NCBI RefSeq assembly: GCF_009914755.1
Contig: NC_060925.1
Reading direction: 5' to 3' (one strand)
DNA: 64,000 bases
DNA from: the human T2T-CHM13v2.0 reference genome, Homo sapiens
Below are positions 34,667 to 51,059 of the stretch, piece after piece (the stretch's first letter is position 1; each line of letters starts with the position of its first letter). Made by a program: the position numbers and the translations under genes. The notes under the pieces were generated by a model. It was not told the DNA's origin. It did not search any database and was given only the letters and a program-made list of their open reading frames with translations.

Positions 34667-34672
34667 AATAAA
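34667..34672 (+). terminator. NEXN: Distal NEXN polyA signal AATAAA
   Basis: AATAAA followed by a U/GU-rich downstream element (gtctttctgtatttt...ttgtg). Confidence 0.75.
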
Positions 34673-34869
34673 GTAACTTCTGTATTTAAAAGTCTTTCTG
34701 TATTTTAAGACTTGTGCAACCAGATGTTACCCTTTTATCATTAAAACTTTTTAAAATCATTTTTTCTCACAGTAAACATAAAAAAAAACCCAGTCAAGTA
34801 GAAAATTTTACCATGTAATATATGTATAAAAAACACAAAGCACTCCTTTATAATAGTCATCAATGTACA

Positions 34870-34875
34870 TTTATT
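34870..34875 (-). terminator. FUBP1: Distal FUBP1 polyA signal AATAAA
   Basis: TTTATT on +; on - it is followed by GU-rich gtgctttgtgtttttt. Confidence 0.75.
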
Positions 34876-36407
34876 GAGGAAACCATAATGAATACAAAAT
34901 TACAGCAATCATGTGACCTTTTACATACAATGTCATTAAAGCAAACTCTAAACCACAGTTGTAAAGTATTCAATTTACCTCAAGTCCAAGCTGCATCTCC
35001 CTAAGACACTGTTCCCATCACAGTAGCCATTTTAAGCCAATCTTCTTTTTACACACGGGTAGTTTCTGTAGAGAACATTTTTCTCAGGACGAAAATGCAT
35101 CGAGCATGCATAAGAAAATATATATATATATATGCGCAAATACATTTAAGAGTTTCTATAGGGGTATCACTGAAGAAAATAAAACCCTGGGATTTATTTG
35201 CTTATTAAAAGCACCAATTTAAAAAAATCCCTCAAAAGCTTATATTGTGGCAAGAAAAATGAAGTCACTAACTCAACAAAAAATAAGGTAACTTTCAGAG
35301 CCAAAATTATCTTTAATTAGGTATTGTTATAATGCATTTTAAAGTGAGGCAGAGTTTGCAGAAAATAAAAACAAGACATCCTCACTGATTAGTAAACTCT
35401 ACATCATTATTCTACACAACAGATAACTTTCTAAGTACAGCTGATTTTACTGGCAGAGTATTCAAACAAATAAAATGCTATCACTTCTGAATGACTCCCC
35501 TTTCCCTCTGAAAGTACTCTGCTATTCCTACCCAAACCCACCCTTATGAATTAACTACCAAGATAATTTGTTTAAAAGATATATTTTACAATGTTTATAA
35601 ACAACTAGTATCAAATTACTAGTTTTAGTATTAAAACCATTTTTTATATTAAAAAATAAAACTATACTTCTCATTTCTAAAAGAAACATCAAACCATAGA
35701 ATTCTAAGTATCACCACACTAAGCTGTCTTAAAAAAAACTAAAAACATTGTCAAATTTTTGTTTAAGTGCTAAATAAGTCAGTTCAGTTTCAATCTAAAC
35801 TATACATTGTTTCTAACACTAATATCCAATGCATTCAAATCAACTGGCTCACCTTTTCTGCTTTCCATTTATTTCAGACTTAAGATCAGCGTCATTTAAA
35901 ATAATGCTTATAGTATCAGTGAAGGCTTATGGTAATGAATAAAAGAATTCTCATGAGACAGAAACAATGCCCCAATATCTATTATCATCAATCTATCTGT
36001 ATTTTTTTTTATAAAAATGCAATCTACAACTAACCAAAACTCAACAGGCTCTCAAGTTTCAATGAGCCCCTTTATATTATCAATTGTACATACCTATCAT
36101 TGACTATTAAAACATAACATACACATAAATGTGGTGTAGTAACTATGTAACTTAAGAAATTTAACAGTTCATGGAACATTTAAGATCAAGTGAATAGCAC
36201 TTTAAAATGAAAAGTGATCAAAAGCAGGTACATTACACCCTATACCATATTATGTATGGGAATACATTTCATATTTCTCAATTATGATTTGCCAATTTTA
36301 CCTTCTACATTGAGCCCTTCTATGGTCCATGCTCATCGGCTCACCAATGGCATACACTCAAAGGATTCCTCTTTATGGGTAACTATCTCAGGACCTGATT
36401 TTATGAG

Positions 36408-36438
36408 CTATGATTTGGTGCTTGCAGCATCTTCAGCA
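36408..36438 (-). CDS. FUBP1: FUBP1 alternative last exon, coding (S)AEDAASTKS*
   Basis: Acceptor ctgccttcattttcacacacag; in frame after the 47-nt exon 37326-37372. Confidence 0.65.
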
Positions 36439-37325
36439 CTGTGTGTGAAAATGAAGGCAGTATTTTTGAATATTTTTCTTTGTTGCAGAGATAAGCAGGA
36501 GTTTTAAAAGGATCAGCACATTTTAGAAATCGAATAAACAAAACTGATAAGATGCTGCTTTCATACATTCAACTTAACTCAAAATATGTACCAGTTAAAA
36601 TCATCTATAAAAACACACAAACATTTTAAACTGGCAAAAAAATTAAATGCAGCGTCAGTTATTAAAATATTATTAAATCAGAAAAATACTGATTGCTACA
36701 GATTATGAAAGGTTATTTGCTATACAGTTAACATTTCACTGATGCACATGCCTTTTATCAAAACATACTGCCTTATAACTTTTTCCTTCTTCAGCATATA
36801 ACTTTTGTCTAAGAAAAAAATCATAATAAAATTCTAACCCATAATATCCTTACTGAATTATTATAGTTTAAGAATAAGAAAAAAATAAAGAAATTATAAT
36901 TTTGGAGGGCAAAGAAATTTTCTGTCCATCATATAAAACAGATTGTGAAGGCTGTTGAAGTTTCTAAACAAGTGATTTCCTAAATCTTGAAAACTGTGTA
37001 ATTGTCCTTTCTTAATATTAACACTTCTATATTTGGGGAAAAAATACAAAAAGATTTGGATGTAGTTCAATTACTGCAGCAATCTACTCATCATTTTCTT
37101 GTCTTAATAAAAAAAAAAAAGTAAAATAAAAAACATTACCCAGAAATGTAAACAGTTGCTTTAACAACTTACAGACTTTCCACTAAGATGGTAGCATAAA
37201 ATAACAAAATACATTTTGGGGAAGCAGTAGCAGATTGCCTTTGAATACACAACCACAAAAACCTCACAGGGACAACATTAATGTATTGAAATATTTATTT
37301 ATATATGTCCTTAGGTTGTGCTTAC

Positions 37326-37372
37326 CTGGTGCTTTTTGCAGCAGAACCTAAGGTGGAAGGTCTGGGAAGGCA
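37326..37372 (-). CDS. FUBP1: FUBP1 alternative 47-nt exon, CLPRPSTLGSAAKST
   Basis: cttcacag| ... CAG|GTAAGC; GC-richer island in the UTR; open in phase 0. Confidence 0.7.
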
Positions 37373-38309
37373 CTGTGAAGTATAAATAATTGCACTGTTT
37401 GCAATTAATAAAGATTTTAAACCTTAAATGAATCAAAATCAACAGCCTCCAATTTGTGAATTATGATACTGAATTCAACTGAACTACTTCTTCAGTTCAA
37501 TTAATAAATGCACCACTTTCCTAAAAGGTCATCTATAAAACAGTATCATGCAAAATACTGCAATTGTTCACGTCAATACCCTACTCTTAAAGATAACAAA
37601 TAGCTAACTCCTTAACTATTAAACTTCATACTAGAACTATATATGCAGATCTAAATAAGGGTAAGGGAAGTCACTCTAGGTTATATAAAACAATCAAAAA
37701 CATTTCAAAATATCTACAATGAACTGTACTGCTATTTCCATCCTGTAGGTAATCTCAACATTTATGTCCTTGTACCTCTTCCTTTAAAGTATATTCAAAA
37801 CAACAAATGGTGCTCTCCACCAATGACAAAATATATATTTATGAAATGTGTTAAAATTGCTACATTGCTCATTATTTGCAAACTGAAATCCCCTTCTGTC
37901 TGATACATTTCAAGACTTTCATATTAAATATAGAAGATATGCATATTTTACACTGAAAAACAATATTTTAGGAGCACCAGTGAATAATACTATTCAACTT
38001 TGTTAAGTATCAGTTTTCTTTAGCTATAGCTAAAGCATATAAAAAATACTTACCCATTAAGCTCACTTTAAAAAAAATACAGAACTATGTATTATTCTAT
38101 GTTAAATTAAGAGGCAGTTATGGTTTTCCAAGATATCAGCACTGTATTCCAACATAATATTCACACAACGTATGGCATTTGCATTATGTGGAACATTGAC
38201 AAAAAGATACTGTTGCAGTTCATCAATTTGTCATTCTGATGTACTTACAGTGCAATGCTCCTTGAAGGAACACAATCAAGGATGATACACAGCACAGTCC
38301 TCCTCACCC

Positions 38310-38348
38310 CTACAGAGCTAGTTCTATACTGGCTGGATCAAACCTGCA
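38310..38348 (-). CDS. FUBP1: FUBP1 alternative C-terminus CRFDPASIELAL*
   Basis: Acceptor cttgccattgtctgttgaag; peptide matches my recollection of an annotated FUBP1 isoform tail. Confidence 0.7.
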   Translation of the reverse strand, partial: CRFDPASIELAL

Positions 38349-39214
38349 CTTCAACAGACAATGGCAAGACAGACTGTATTTGCATGTAGTCTAATATATT
38401 AATATGCAAAGAGCCAACAAATATGCAAAGAGTAAAACAATGGATTTCAACAAAATATCAGAACTTCAGCATGAGTGTTAAAGAGTAATAAAATGACTTC
38501 AAGTACATAAAAAAATTAAGTTGATTCAATGATTGGACTTGTGCATTTACAAAACAAAGCTTATCTATACTGCATAAAGAAAAAAAAAAAGCTTGAACGT
38601 TTCCATACCCCATTTATGTTTCAATGGCAGATGCAATGTAGCTATACTTTTTGCACACTATTCACTTTTCTATCCTAAATTTAGAAAGAAACACACTAAC
38701 ATTATATACATTGAAAGAGTTGCTTCACATGGAAAAAAACTGTTCTTATTAGACTACTCATATTCACTATCTGAAAACTGTTTAAAATTAGTTATGCCGA
38801 AACAGTCTTGGAAATCAAGTATTATCAAATTAAGAACAGAAAGGTTAACTGTTATAGCAGCAGTACAGGTCTGAAACAGTGGTCATGTATAAAAGGAAAT
38901 TTCACTGTTAATGCAATGGAAGTATGCCAAAAGATCATTGTACACACATGCAGTTTTTAATCAAACAGAAGGAAAAAAAATGAAGATATCAGGATTACTT
39001 GTGCTGAAAGAGCCAATACAATAAATGGAAAAGATCCTCCAATCTACCACTATACTGCAAGGGGGGAAAAACATGCCAGTGTTTAAAAACTCAATATTTC
39101 ATGGGGAAAGCTTATATATTTGTGTATATGTATCTTAATTTATCATTGCTAAGAAATTATGAATCCTTTAAATACCCACATATCCAACTTACCGACACAG
39201 GAGGTTTCATATCA

Positions 39215-39220
39215 TTTATT
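39215..39220 (-). terminator. FUBP1: Candidate proximal FUBP1 polyA signal
   Basis: TTTATT on + about 340 nt past the stop; UGUA motifs upstream on - strand. Confidence 0.5.
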
Positions 39221-39561
39221 GTAAAGCACAAAACAGGCATTTTAAAAGTGAAAGTATACATTGAAAAAGTACATTTATATCACAAAGCATCAACCACATA
39301 ATTGCAAATACATTTGCTGGAATGTGTACATCTACACTAAATACTAAAAACAAACCAATTTTCATTTCTACACAGAAATATTAACCTCCTATCAGTAGTG
39401 ATAGATATTTTGTACATTTTCAAAAAAAAAAAAAAAAAAGGAAACACTATTTTAAACCAAAAACAAAATTAAGATCTTCATCAAGTCGTCTGCATCCATA
39501 TATTTAACAAAGGTTTTTTTCCCCCACACAATGAAGCAAATACTGTATTGTCCACTTCTTA

Positions 39562-39570
39562 TTATTGGCC
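39562..39570 (-). CDS. FUBP1: FUBP1 exon 20 CDS (GQ*)
   Basis: ctgcacag|GGC CAA TAA; exons 2-20 sum to 1815 nt, consistent with a 644-aa protein given a 120-nt coding exon 1 (recalled). Confidence 0.92.
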   Translation of the reverse strand, partial: GQ

Positions 39571-39668
39571 CTGTGCAGAAGAGATACATAAGAAATACAC
39601 AAAAAGTTAAAGAAAATCCTTGAAATGGAGCTAATTCAGGAGTGAATCCTTTAAGAAAGAAAAAGTGG

Positions 39669-39710
39669 TTAATATAAATGGTGGTGGCTTCTTGCATGAT
39701 TTGCAAATCC
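39669..39710 (-). CDS. FUBP1: FUBP1 alternative C-terminus GFANHARSHHHLY*
   Basis: Strong acceptor aattttcttcccccag; phase 0 open frame. Confidence 0.75.
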   Translation of the reverse strand, partial: GFANHARSHHHLY

Positions 39711-39950
39711 CTGGGGGAAGAAAATTTATTTTTAAAATCAAAGGCATTGCAGAAATATTCACCACTCAGATGCTGGAAAGCATTATAAAAAACAAAAAAA
39801 CCCAAACAATACACCGTAGTACTTCATTTAAATAGTTATTATACTTTGCCAGATAAAAATTTAAAAGGCAAACACTCCCAAACAGACAAACAGTAAACAT
39901 GCAGAAAACAGACTGGAGTAGAAATCAACAAATTAGCAATTACATTATAC

Positions 39951-40096
39951 CTGAGGTGCTGGAGGATGCTGTGGCATTCCCTGGGGACTTGTCTGGGCAT
40001 AATAGGCTGCTTGTTGTCTATAATACTCAGCCCAGGCTGCACTATAATCTGGCTGACCACCTGGAGGAGCCCCAGTCGGAGCAGGAACTGCCTGAC
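39951..40096 (-). CDS. FUBP1: FUBP1 exon 19 (146 nt, Tyr-rich motif 3)
   Basis: [29 protein letters not shown]...PPAPQ. Confidence 0.96.
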
Positions 40097-40964
40097 CTTT
40101 GAAAAAAAAGAACTTTGTTGCTGTAACCACAATTATAAGCCCAACATCTCATTTCTAATAAAAACAATACCTTGCTTCTTGTAATATTTCTCCCAAGCCT
40201 TTGAATAATCTTGTGTTTGCCCTTGTTGACCAAAAAAAAAAACCCCTAAACTTTAATATAAAATTACATCCACTGTAAGTACAGGTTATAAGACAAAAGC
40301 ACAGAGGGTCAGAATTACTCCTGTTTTATTTAAAATATTCATTTAGTAGTGTCAGGAAACTACTCTGCAATTAGAAAAAAAAAAAGAACGCTCTTTTCTT
40401 TTTGCCTTATAATTAATCGTTAACTTTTAGTTCTAGAGCGTCATTATTAGTAAAAAAACAGAATCAACCCCAAATCCACACTGCTTTAGCTAAGGAAGGT
40501 AAAGATTTAGGCATAATCTTAATTCGATTCCAGAATTACAAAAAGAACATTTTTGAAAAACTTTAAGCCCACTTAAAGGCAATGATTTAAAGACTGTATT
40601 AAGACCTAGCCAAGACTTTTTCCTGATTAGTAACCTATAAAGTGTATGTACACACACACATAATAAGATGTTAAAAGTATTAATAATTTATTCCAATTAC
40701 AACACAATGTTATTAAAAGTAACCTGACAAGGAATAAAGAACAAGATCAATGAAAACACATAAAACTCAGCTTTCACAATCAGGTCTTTTTCCAAATAAG
40801 GTGACTTTGCTGAATTAAGAGATTAAAGAAATATAGCAATGAAATGCAACGCATGAATCTTGAATGTACTCTGAATTAAACAAAACACACAGACGACAAA
40901 AGACATATTCCTGACAACTATGGAAATTTAAATATAGTCTGTATGTTTGTGATAATATTGAGGG

Positions 40965-44920
<3,956 letters not shown>

Positions 44921-46050
44921 TCATGCTCAAGTCTTTTAAAATGGTGATGCTATTTAATTAAAGTTAAGTTGATTACAGGTCCTGACCACAATGCTGTCAG
45001 GGCATGATTATTAATAGCATCCCTATTCATTCTAAAAAGGATCCCAGTTCAGAAAATAAATTATGTAACCAACCTTAATCAGAGTATGCTGTTTTTAAGT
45101 TAAAAGTTTCTTTTTGCCGAATTGTAGCTACTGTAGATCTGCCTAAGCTAGGTCACAAAAACATAATCTGTTAAAGCCTCAGAAAGAGACGGAACATGAC
45201 TCTCCTAGGAAGCCATTCTAAGAGGAAAAACAATTTTTCTTTAAAAAGAAACCAGTTGTGCAAAACAACTTTATCATCAGGTATATGTAATTTTACATCT
45301 AGAAGATTAAAATCATCACCTTTCTGGAAATTTTTCTTTCTGTGGAGAATGAGAAACATTCTTTGGCAAAGAAAACATTGAAAATCCCAAGTAGACCGTT
45401 CTCTTATGACAAAACTCTACCACCTATAGGTTCTTTTTCTGCTAGTGAAGGATAACCAAGCTTACCAATTTAGCTTTCATTTGTGACATCTAGCTGTGGT
45501 ATGTAATAATTTTAAATGACTAAGAGCAAAAGCAGCTGAAATATAGTGATTTGTCCAGAAGTATAGTATCAGGTTCCAAATGGTTCCTAAAGAGACAAAT
45601 TTGGGAGACAAGCTTGGGACTCAGACCCTCTTGGAAGCCAGATTCTGGTTCCATCACTTGGTTACTTTCCGTCACTGCAGATTACTTCTTACCTGCTTAT
45701 CTTGCAGCAAAAATAATGGTATCACACACAATTTTCGCCTGACACATTAAAATTTAACCTTATGTCATTTAGACTGATAATATATATAACTGTCATTGTC
45801 AAAAGTATAGTAATGTTAATATTGTATGTACCAGTAAGGACATTTCTAGTTTCAATTAATAACTGGTTGACAAATGCAATTAGAAAAAAAAATTTCCTTG
45901 CCATATAACCACAAATTTAAAAACTATAATTTACAACTGTCTTGATATGTTTACAAGTCCAGTGATTTTATTCAATTATTCTCTTCCTGAAGAGAATAAT
46001 TTGTTTCAATTTAATTAAGTATGTATTTTCAAGAAATGTATAAAACATAC

Positions 46051-46125
46051 CCATTTTCTTGTAGTACTCTTCCCAAGCCTTGGTATAATCAACCTGTCCA
46101 GCTGGGGCTGGATTCTGCTGATCTC
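46051..46125 (-). CDS. FUBP1: FUBP1 exon 18 (75 nt, Tyr-rich motif 2)
   Basis: [25 protein letters not shown]. Confidence 0.96.
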
Positions 46126-47367
46126 CTTGTTCAAGCAAAACAAAACAAAAAACAGAATTAAAGTTTTTAAAAGGCAATTTTGGCCGTTTCCTTGGGTGCA
46201 GGAGCTGGCAGGGGCCTGCAATGTGACAGTGAGGGTAGGAGGGAAGTACTATGTGGTGGTGGCATCCCTAACAGTGCCAAAGATAGAAGGTACTGGGGGT
46301 ACAGAGGTGGTGGACAGAAAAGAAAACCAACCTGTTTGAAGACTGGTTATGTTGAACATATAAGTAAATGCATGTCAAATAAGGAAATACACTGAGGACA
46401 CCAGGTTTCTCACGTTTGTAAACAAGTACAAAAAAGGAAAAGGCTTGAAAACCCCAAAATGCTGAAACGGATGTGGTGATATGAACATAGTTTTTAAAAA
46501 TATATACATATATCGATGTTTATGTGTTTTTTGGTGTGTGTATGTAGGTATGCATGTATGTAAATATATTTCCTAGTTCTGCCTGTTGAAAGAAGCTAGA
46601 AGCAATTACACCTCAGTAGCAACAAGCATACTCAAGTCTCGTTTCTAACTACCATACTCTACTAAAAGGAATAAGAGCTCCTTGAAGAAATAGCTGACTC
46701 GAGGGCTGGAGCCCAGAAAGCACAAAATAACAATCTTACTGTGCCAGACAGTATGGAAGTGCTTAAAAGAATGACAGGTATTTCAAAAGGATATAGGCAC
46801 CACCCTGAATATACTCCCTGACTGGCCAAATCCAGGATAATCTGATTATCAAAATTATAAAAATACTTTAAAAATATAACCTACTGCAAAAATCAGAAAT
46901 CCATAATGATATAAAGAACTTAATATATCAATGTTGACTTACTGATTTGGAGGGCTGTATGATGGTTATGTATTTTTGAAGAAGTACCCAACAGGACATC
47001 ATGTCTACAGTTTAGTCTTCAGTGATTTCTTTCAGAACTAATTATGCTGGATATAATTAGCTTCCTTCAGAACTAATTATAATGGATATTTAAAATAAAT
47101 ACAGATACACATGTATGATATAGATGGTAACAGAGTAAACAAGGGAATAAAACATTAACAGCTGGGCTATCTGGGTGCTCCGGGTATTCTTCTTACAACT
47201 TTTATGAAAGTTTGAAACTATTTCAAAGTAACAATTTAAAAAAGGAAAAGTCTGCTTAAATTATAATTAAATAATGTCAGAAATTTTAGGTATTATACAG
47301 TGATGTACTTCATATATAATTCCAAGCACAACTTTTGGCTTTCACATACAATAAGTTCTGTAGTTAC

Positions 47368-47496
47368 CTTGTCCATTAGTTTGAGTTGTAGTTGGTGCAC
47401 CTGCAGGGGCTGCTGGTGGTGGCTGTGCTTGCTGTTGATAATAGTGAGCGTAATAAGCAGCCCAAGCTGCTGAATTTGGATCCGTTCCTGCCTTAG
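47368..47496 (-). CDS. FUBP1: FUBP1 exon 17 (129 nt, Tyr-rich motif 1)
   Basis: AKAGTDPNSAAWAAYYAHYYQQQ...TNGQ. Confidence 0.96.
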
Positions 47497-47547
47497 CTAA
47501 AATAAATGAAAGTTCAAGGTTTGCATGTGAAGTCTGTAATTCTCTCT

Positions 47548-47562
47548 CACACACACACACAC
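47548..47562. repeat. (CA)n short microsatellite; UG repeat in FUBP1 pre-mRNA
   Basis: cacacacacacacac. Confidence 0.85.
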
Positions 47563-47679
47563 CACCCCCCCGCCCAGCTCTCTGGCAAATATACAGCCCC
47601 CAAAATTAACTAGAACATTAAAAAAAGTATATGAAAACTTAAATTTTCTATTATTTTTGTTGTCACCATCAGCTTTTAT

Positions 47680-50610
47680 TAAAGAAAACCAAGTCTCAGA
47701 GACTAAGTGACTTTCCTAGGTTAAAAACTACTGAGTGGCATAACTGGGATATGAATAAAGGTCTTTTGGCTCCAAATCCAATGCTCTGTCTCAAACCATC
47801 CTGTGCCCTTGTTTTTTTCTAAATTGGTTTCGCCTCAAGCACAAACAGCTCTATCTAGAAGATGACTAAAGAAAAACATTTCTAGGGACTAACCTGTATA
47901 AGAAAGAAAATTATTTTAGAACAATGAACTTTGTCCTTATTTTCAATGAAGAGAAAATATAAAAATCTTAAAAAAGATTAGCCACATTTCATCCTATTTC
48001 ACATTGAATGTTATAAACTTGATGTCATCCTACTTGAAATTCTTCATTCTCTGCAATCTTCAGGATGTTCAAAGCTTAAGTACAGCCTATCATTCAACAT
48101 CTTTAACAGCCTGAAGCCCCTGGCTTATCCTTTCCATTTCAGCCTCATCTCTCCCTTTGGTTGTATCTCTTCAACACCCAAGCTCCAGCCACAACACAGT
48201 GCTTGTACTTTTCAGAAATCACTATGCCCGTGTCTCGGCTTTTAGCTATGTTGTCTCCTCTACACTTGACTGACCCTCACTCATCTCCCACATCAACTGA
48301 AGTGCGAACAGTTTGAGACCTTTCAATCTTCTAGAAACCAGAAAAAACTTGATTGTCTTTTATACTAGGAATACCATACAATTAAAACTTTTAAATTTTC
48401 TATTATACCTTCATTCTGAACAGTAGCAATTCTCAGCTGCTTAATAAAGGTTAGTCAAGTTTGAGAAAAATGAGCAAGAATTTCTAGAAAAAGAAAATTG
48501 CAAGGTAATATAATTGTAAGGTGTTATTAGGACACCTGCCAAACTTTTCTCAATTGCCCAATGTACTGCTTTTTTATGTTGGATGTTTACATATCTCAAT
48601 AGTGTCATTATCTGTATTTTTTTTTTTTTTTTGAGATGAAGTGTCTCACTCTGTTGCCCAGGCTGGAGGGCAGTGGAGCAATTCTCAAGGAGTTCTCCTG
48701 TCTCAGCCTCCTAAGTAGCTGGGATTACAGACACCTGCCACCACATCCAGCTAATTTTTGTATTTTTAGTAGAGACAGGGTTTCGCCATGTTTGCCAGGC
48801 TGGTCTCCAACTCCTGACCTCAAGTGATCCGCCCGCCTCAGCCTTCCGAAGTGCTAGCGTCACAGGTTTTAGCCATGGCGTCTGGCCATTATCTGTATAT
48901 TAATCAAGAAATCTAGGTATTTCACTTTACACTATGCCTGGATAGAGAATTTGAGATAAAACAGACTTTAGGAAGTGGTATTTCTACTCCCAAATGTGAA
49001 AACCATACCAAAAAACCAGTCTCACAGTTACAAATAACTAGTATGTACTAAGAATTTACTAAATATTCACTCAACCCGATTCATTCATTTATTAATTTAT
49101 AGATAAGAAAACAGAGGCTTAGAGGAGTTCAAAAACTTGCTTGACATCTCACAATTAGTAAACTGTAGGACTAGGACTGATATAGGTTTATTTGACTCTG
49201 AAGTCTAAATTCTTGACCACTACATAAATCCATTAACAGACCACTCTTTTTTTAAAGAAACATTTTAGTTCATATAATATTAAAACAGTATGCTATTCTA
49301 AGTCTAATATAAGCAATATCCACCCCCAGGGACCCAGTAACCCTTTGATAAATCTGAGTGGGGCCAACCAGCTGGTTTTAGTTAAATGGGTTACTTCTTG
49401 CCCAAAGGCCATGCTGCAACCACATTCACTGACCAGCTCTTACAGTAGTGACTTCACTACTACTCCAAGTGAGAAATTCAACTTGTGATACAAAGACCAC
49501 TTCCACTTCTTATTCCCATCATTTTTCCTCAATCATGCTAACCACCCAGTAGTGCTCAAAAATACAATCCTGGCAGATCCAAGTTACCCAATATGAATCT
49601 GCCTTTTAACCTACTCAAACTCTTCAATCCCATTAATTATACCATCCCAATCAGCCAACAAGAGGGAAAGAAAAGCCCTTTCATTCTCCAAAAATTAGTT
49701 GTTAAGAGTATTATATCCTGTACCCTGTGAGCCCCTTCCATCAGTGTTGCTTACGCTGGGAGTGCATTCTTTTGCTATAGAACACAACCCCAACTTTGCA
49801 CACCTATATCCTAGCACAACTCAAGTCATGCTTGGTAACTGTCATGCTGTGTCATCATATTCCAAACAGCACACTTCCTATGAAGTTAATCAAGCAATTT
49901 CATTTACATAAATTACTTCAAGTTTTTTTGGGATAAATGTATTATGTGTAGAAAGTATTCCATAATTGAGTATATTTTCCTTGAAACTACACGAGTGAAA
50001 GAGGCCTAAAAGGTAGGTAGCAGGTGAGAAAAAAGGATCATAAATAAATGTTAATTGGTTTCAAAGAATGACTCTTTGACCAAGATGGAAAGCAAACTAC
50101 AGGGTATGGAAAGATGCCAGAATATAATAGGATAAAAATAAATCTGAATATAGAAAATAATTAAACGTATTTGGGCTTTAGCATGCAGTTATTAAATACA
50201 GGCCTGATTTTTACTCACATGAAGTTGTCATATGAGGAGTACTAGAACAGATATCTTATTTGACAATTTGGAAGTTTAATGCCCCAATACTTAACACTCT
50301 GTTGGACTGTTATATATATATATTTATATAGACTGTTACATATATACATAATTTTTTAAGAGATGGGATCCCATTCTGTTGCCCAGGGGAGTGCAATGGT
50401 GTGCCCACAGCTCAATACAATCTAGAACTTCTAGGCTCAAGCAATCCTCCCACCTCAGCCTCAAGTACAGGCACATACCACCCTGCCCGGCTAATTTAAA
50501 ACAAATTTTTTTAGAGATGGGTCTTGCCATATTGCCCAGGCTGGTCTCAAGCCTCAGCCTCAGACTTCTGAATAGGTGGGATTACAGACGTGAGCCTCAG
50601 TGCCCAGCCC
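47680..50610 (-). mobile_element. MIRs (~47680-47790, ~49090-49220) and antisense Alus (48617-48886, 50352-50610)
   Basis: MIR core agaaaacagaggcttagaggagtt; Alu consensus. Confidence 0.75.
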
Positions 50611-50979
50611 CTATCACATACTTTTCTAAATAAGTAAAAACTATTTTTCCACAGATAATGTCACAATGAACATACTACACATTTGACAGCACTGGTATCC
50701 AAAACCTATGACACTGTGCTCTTTCCTGCAGCTTTTAGCTTTTATCATTCTACTGTATCAACTCATAAGCCAAAGGCAAGTAGAAAGAAATTCCATAAAA
50801 GCAGAGCTCATATTCATGTCAGTCCTATACACTGGGGTAGAGGCAGTGCCTAACACTGTTGAAAGAGTAAAGTGAGTGAAGGTGATGCATACAAATGTAG
50901 AATCAACACTAGAAAATTTAATAATGTAACAGGAGTGGAAAATAATACAGATAACACACAAATAATAAGCATCTTCTAC

Positions 50980-51059
50980 CTGGATCAGGAGGAGCCTGCT
51001 GCTGCCAGTGTGGATATGCATTTCCCCATCCCTGGGGAGCATATGGGGCTGGAGGACCA
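50980..51059 (-). CDS. FUBP1: FUBP1 exon 16 (80 nt)
   Basis: GPPAPYAPQGWGNAYPHWQQQAPPDP. Confidence 0.94.

Larger units (their letters stand above)
33626..34692 (+). other. NEXN: NEXN 3' UTR (end approximate)
   Basis: Runs from the stop to about 20 nt past AATAAA at 34667. Confidence 0.75.
34852..39561 (-). other. FUBP1: FUBP1 long 3' UTR containing alternative terminal exons
   Basis: AT-rich stretch with no recognisable repeats from the stop (39562) to the distal PAS; further AATAAA at 39215-39220. Confidence 0.75.

Noticed and set aside
46015-46221. [12 protein letters not shown] resembling the exon 17 end APTTTQTNGQ
   Set aside because: That frame is incompatible with intron 17 phase 1; likely chance.
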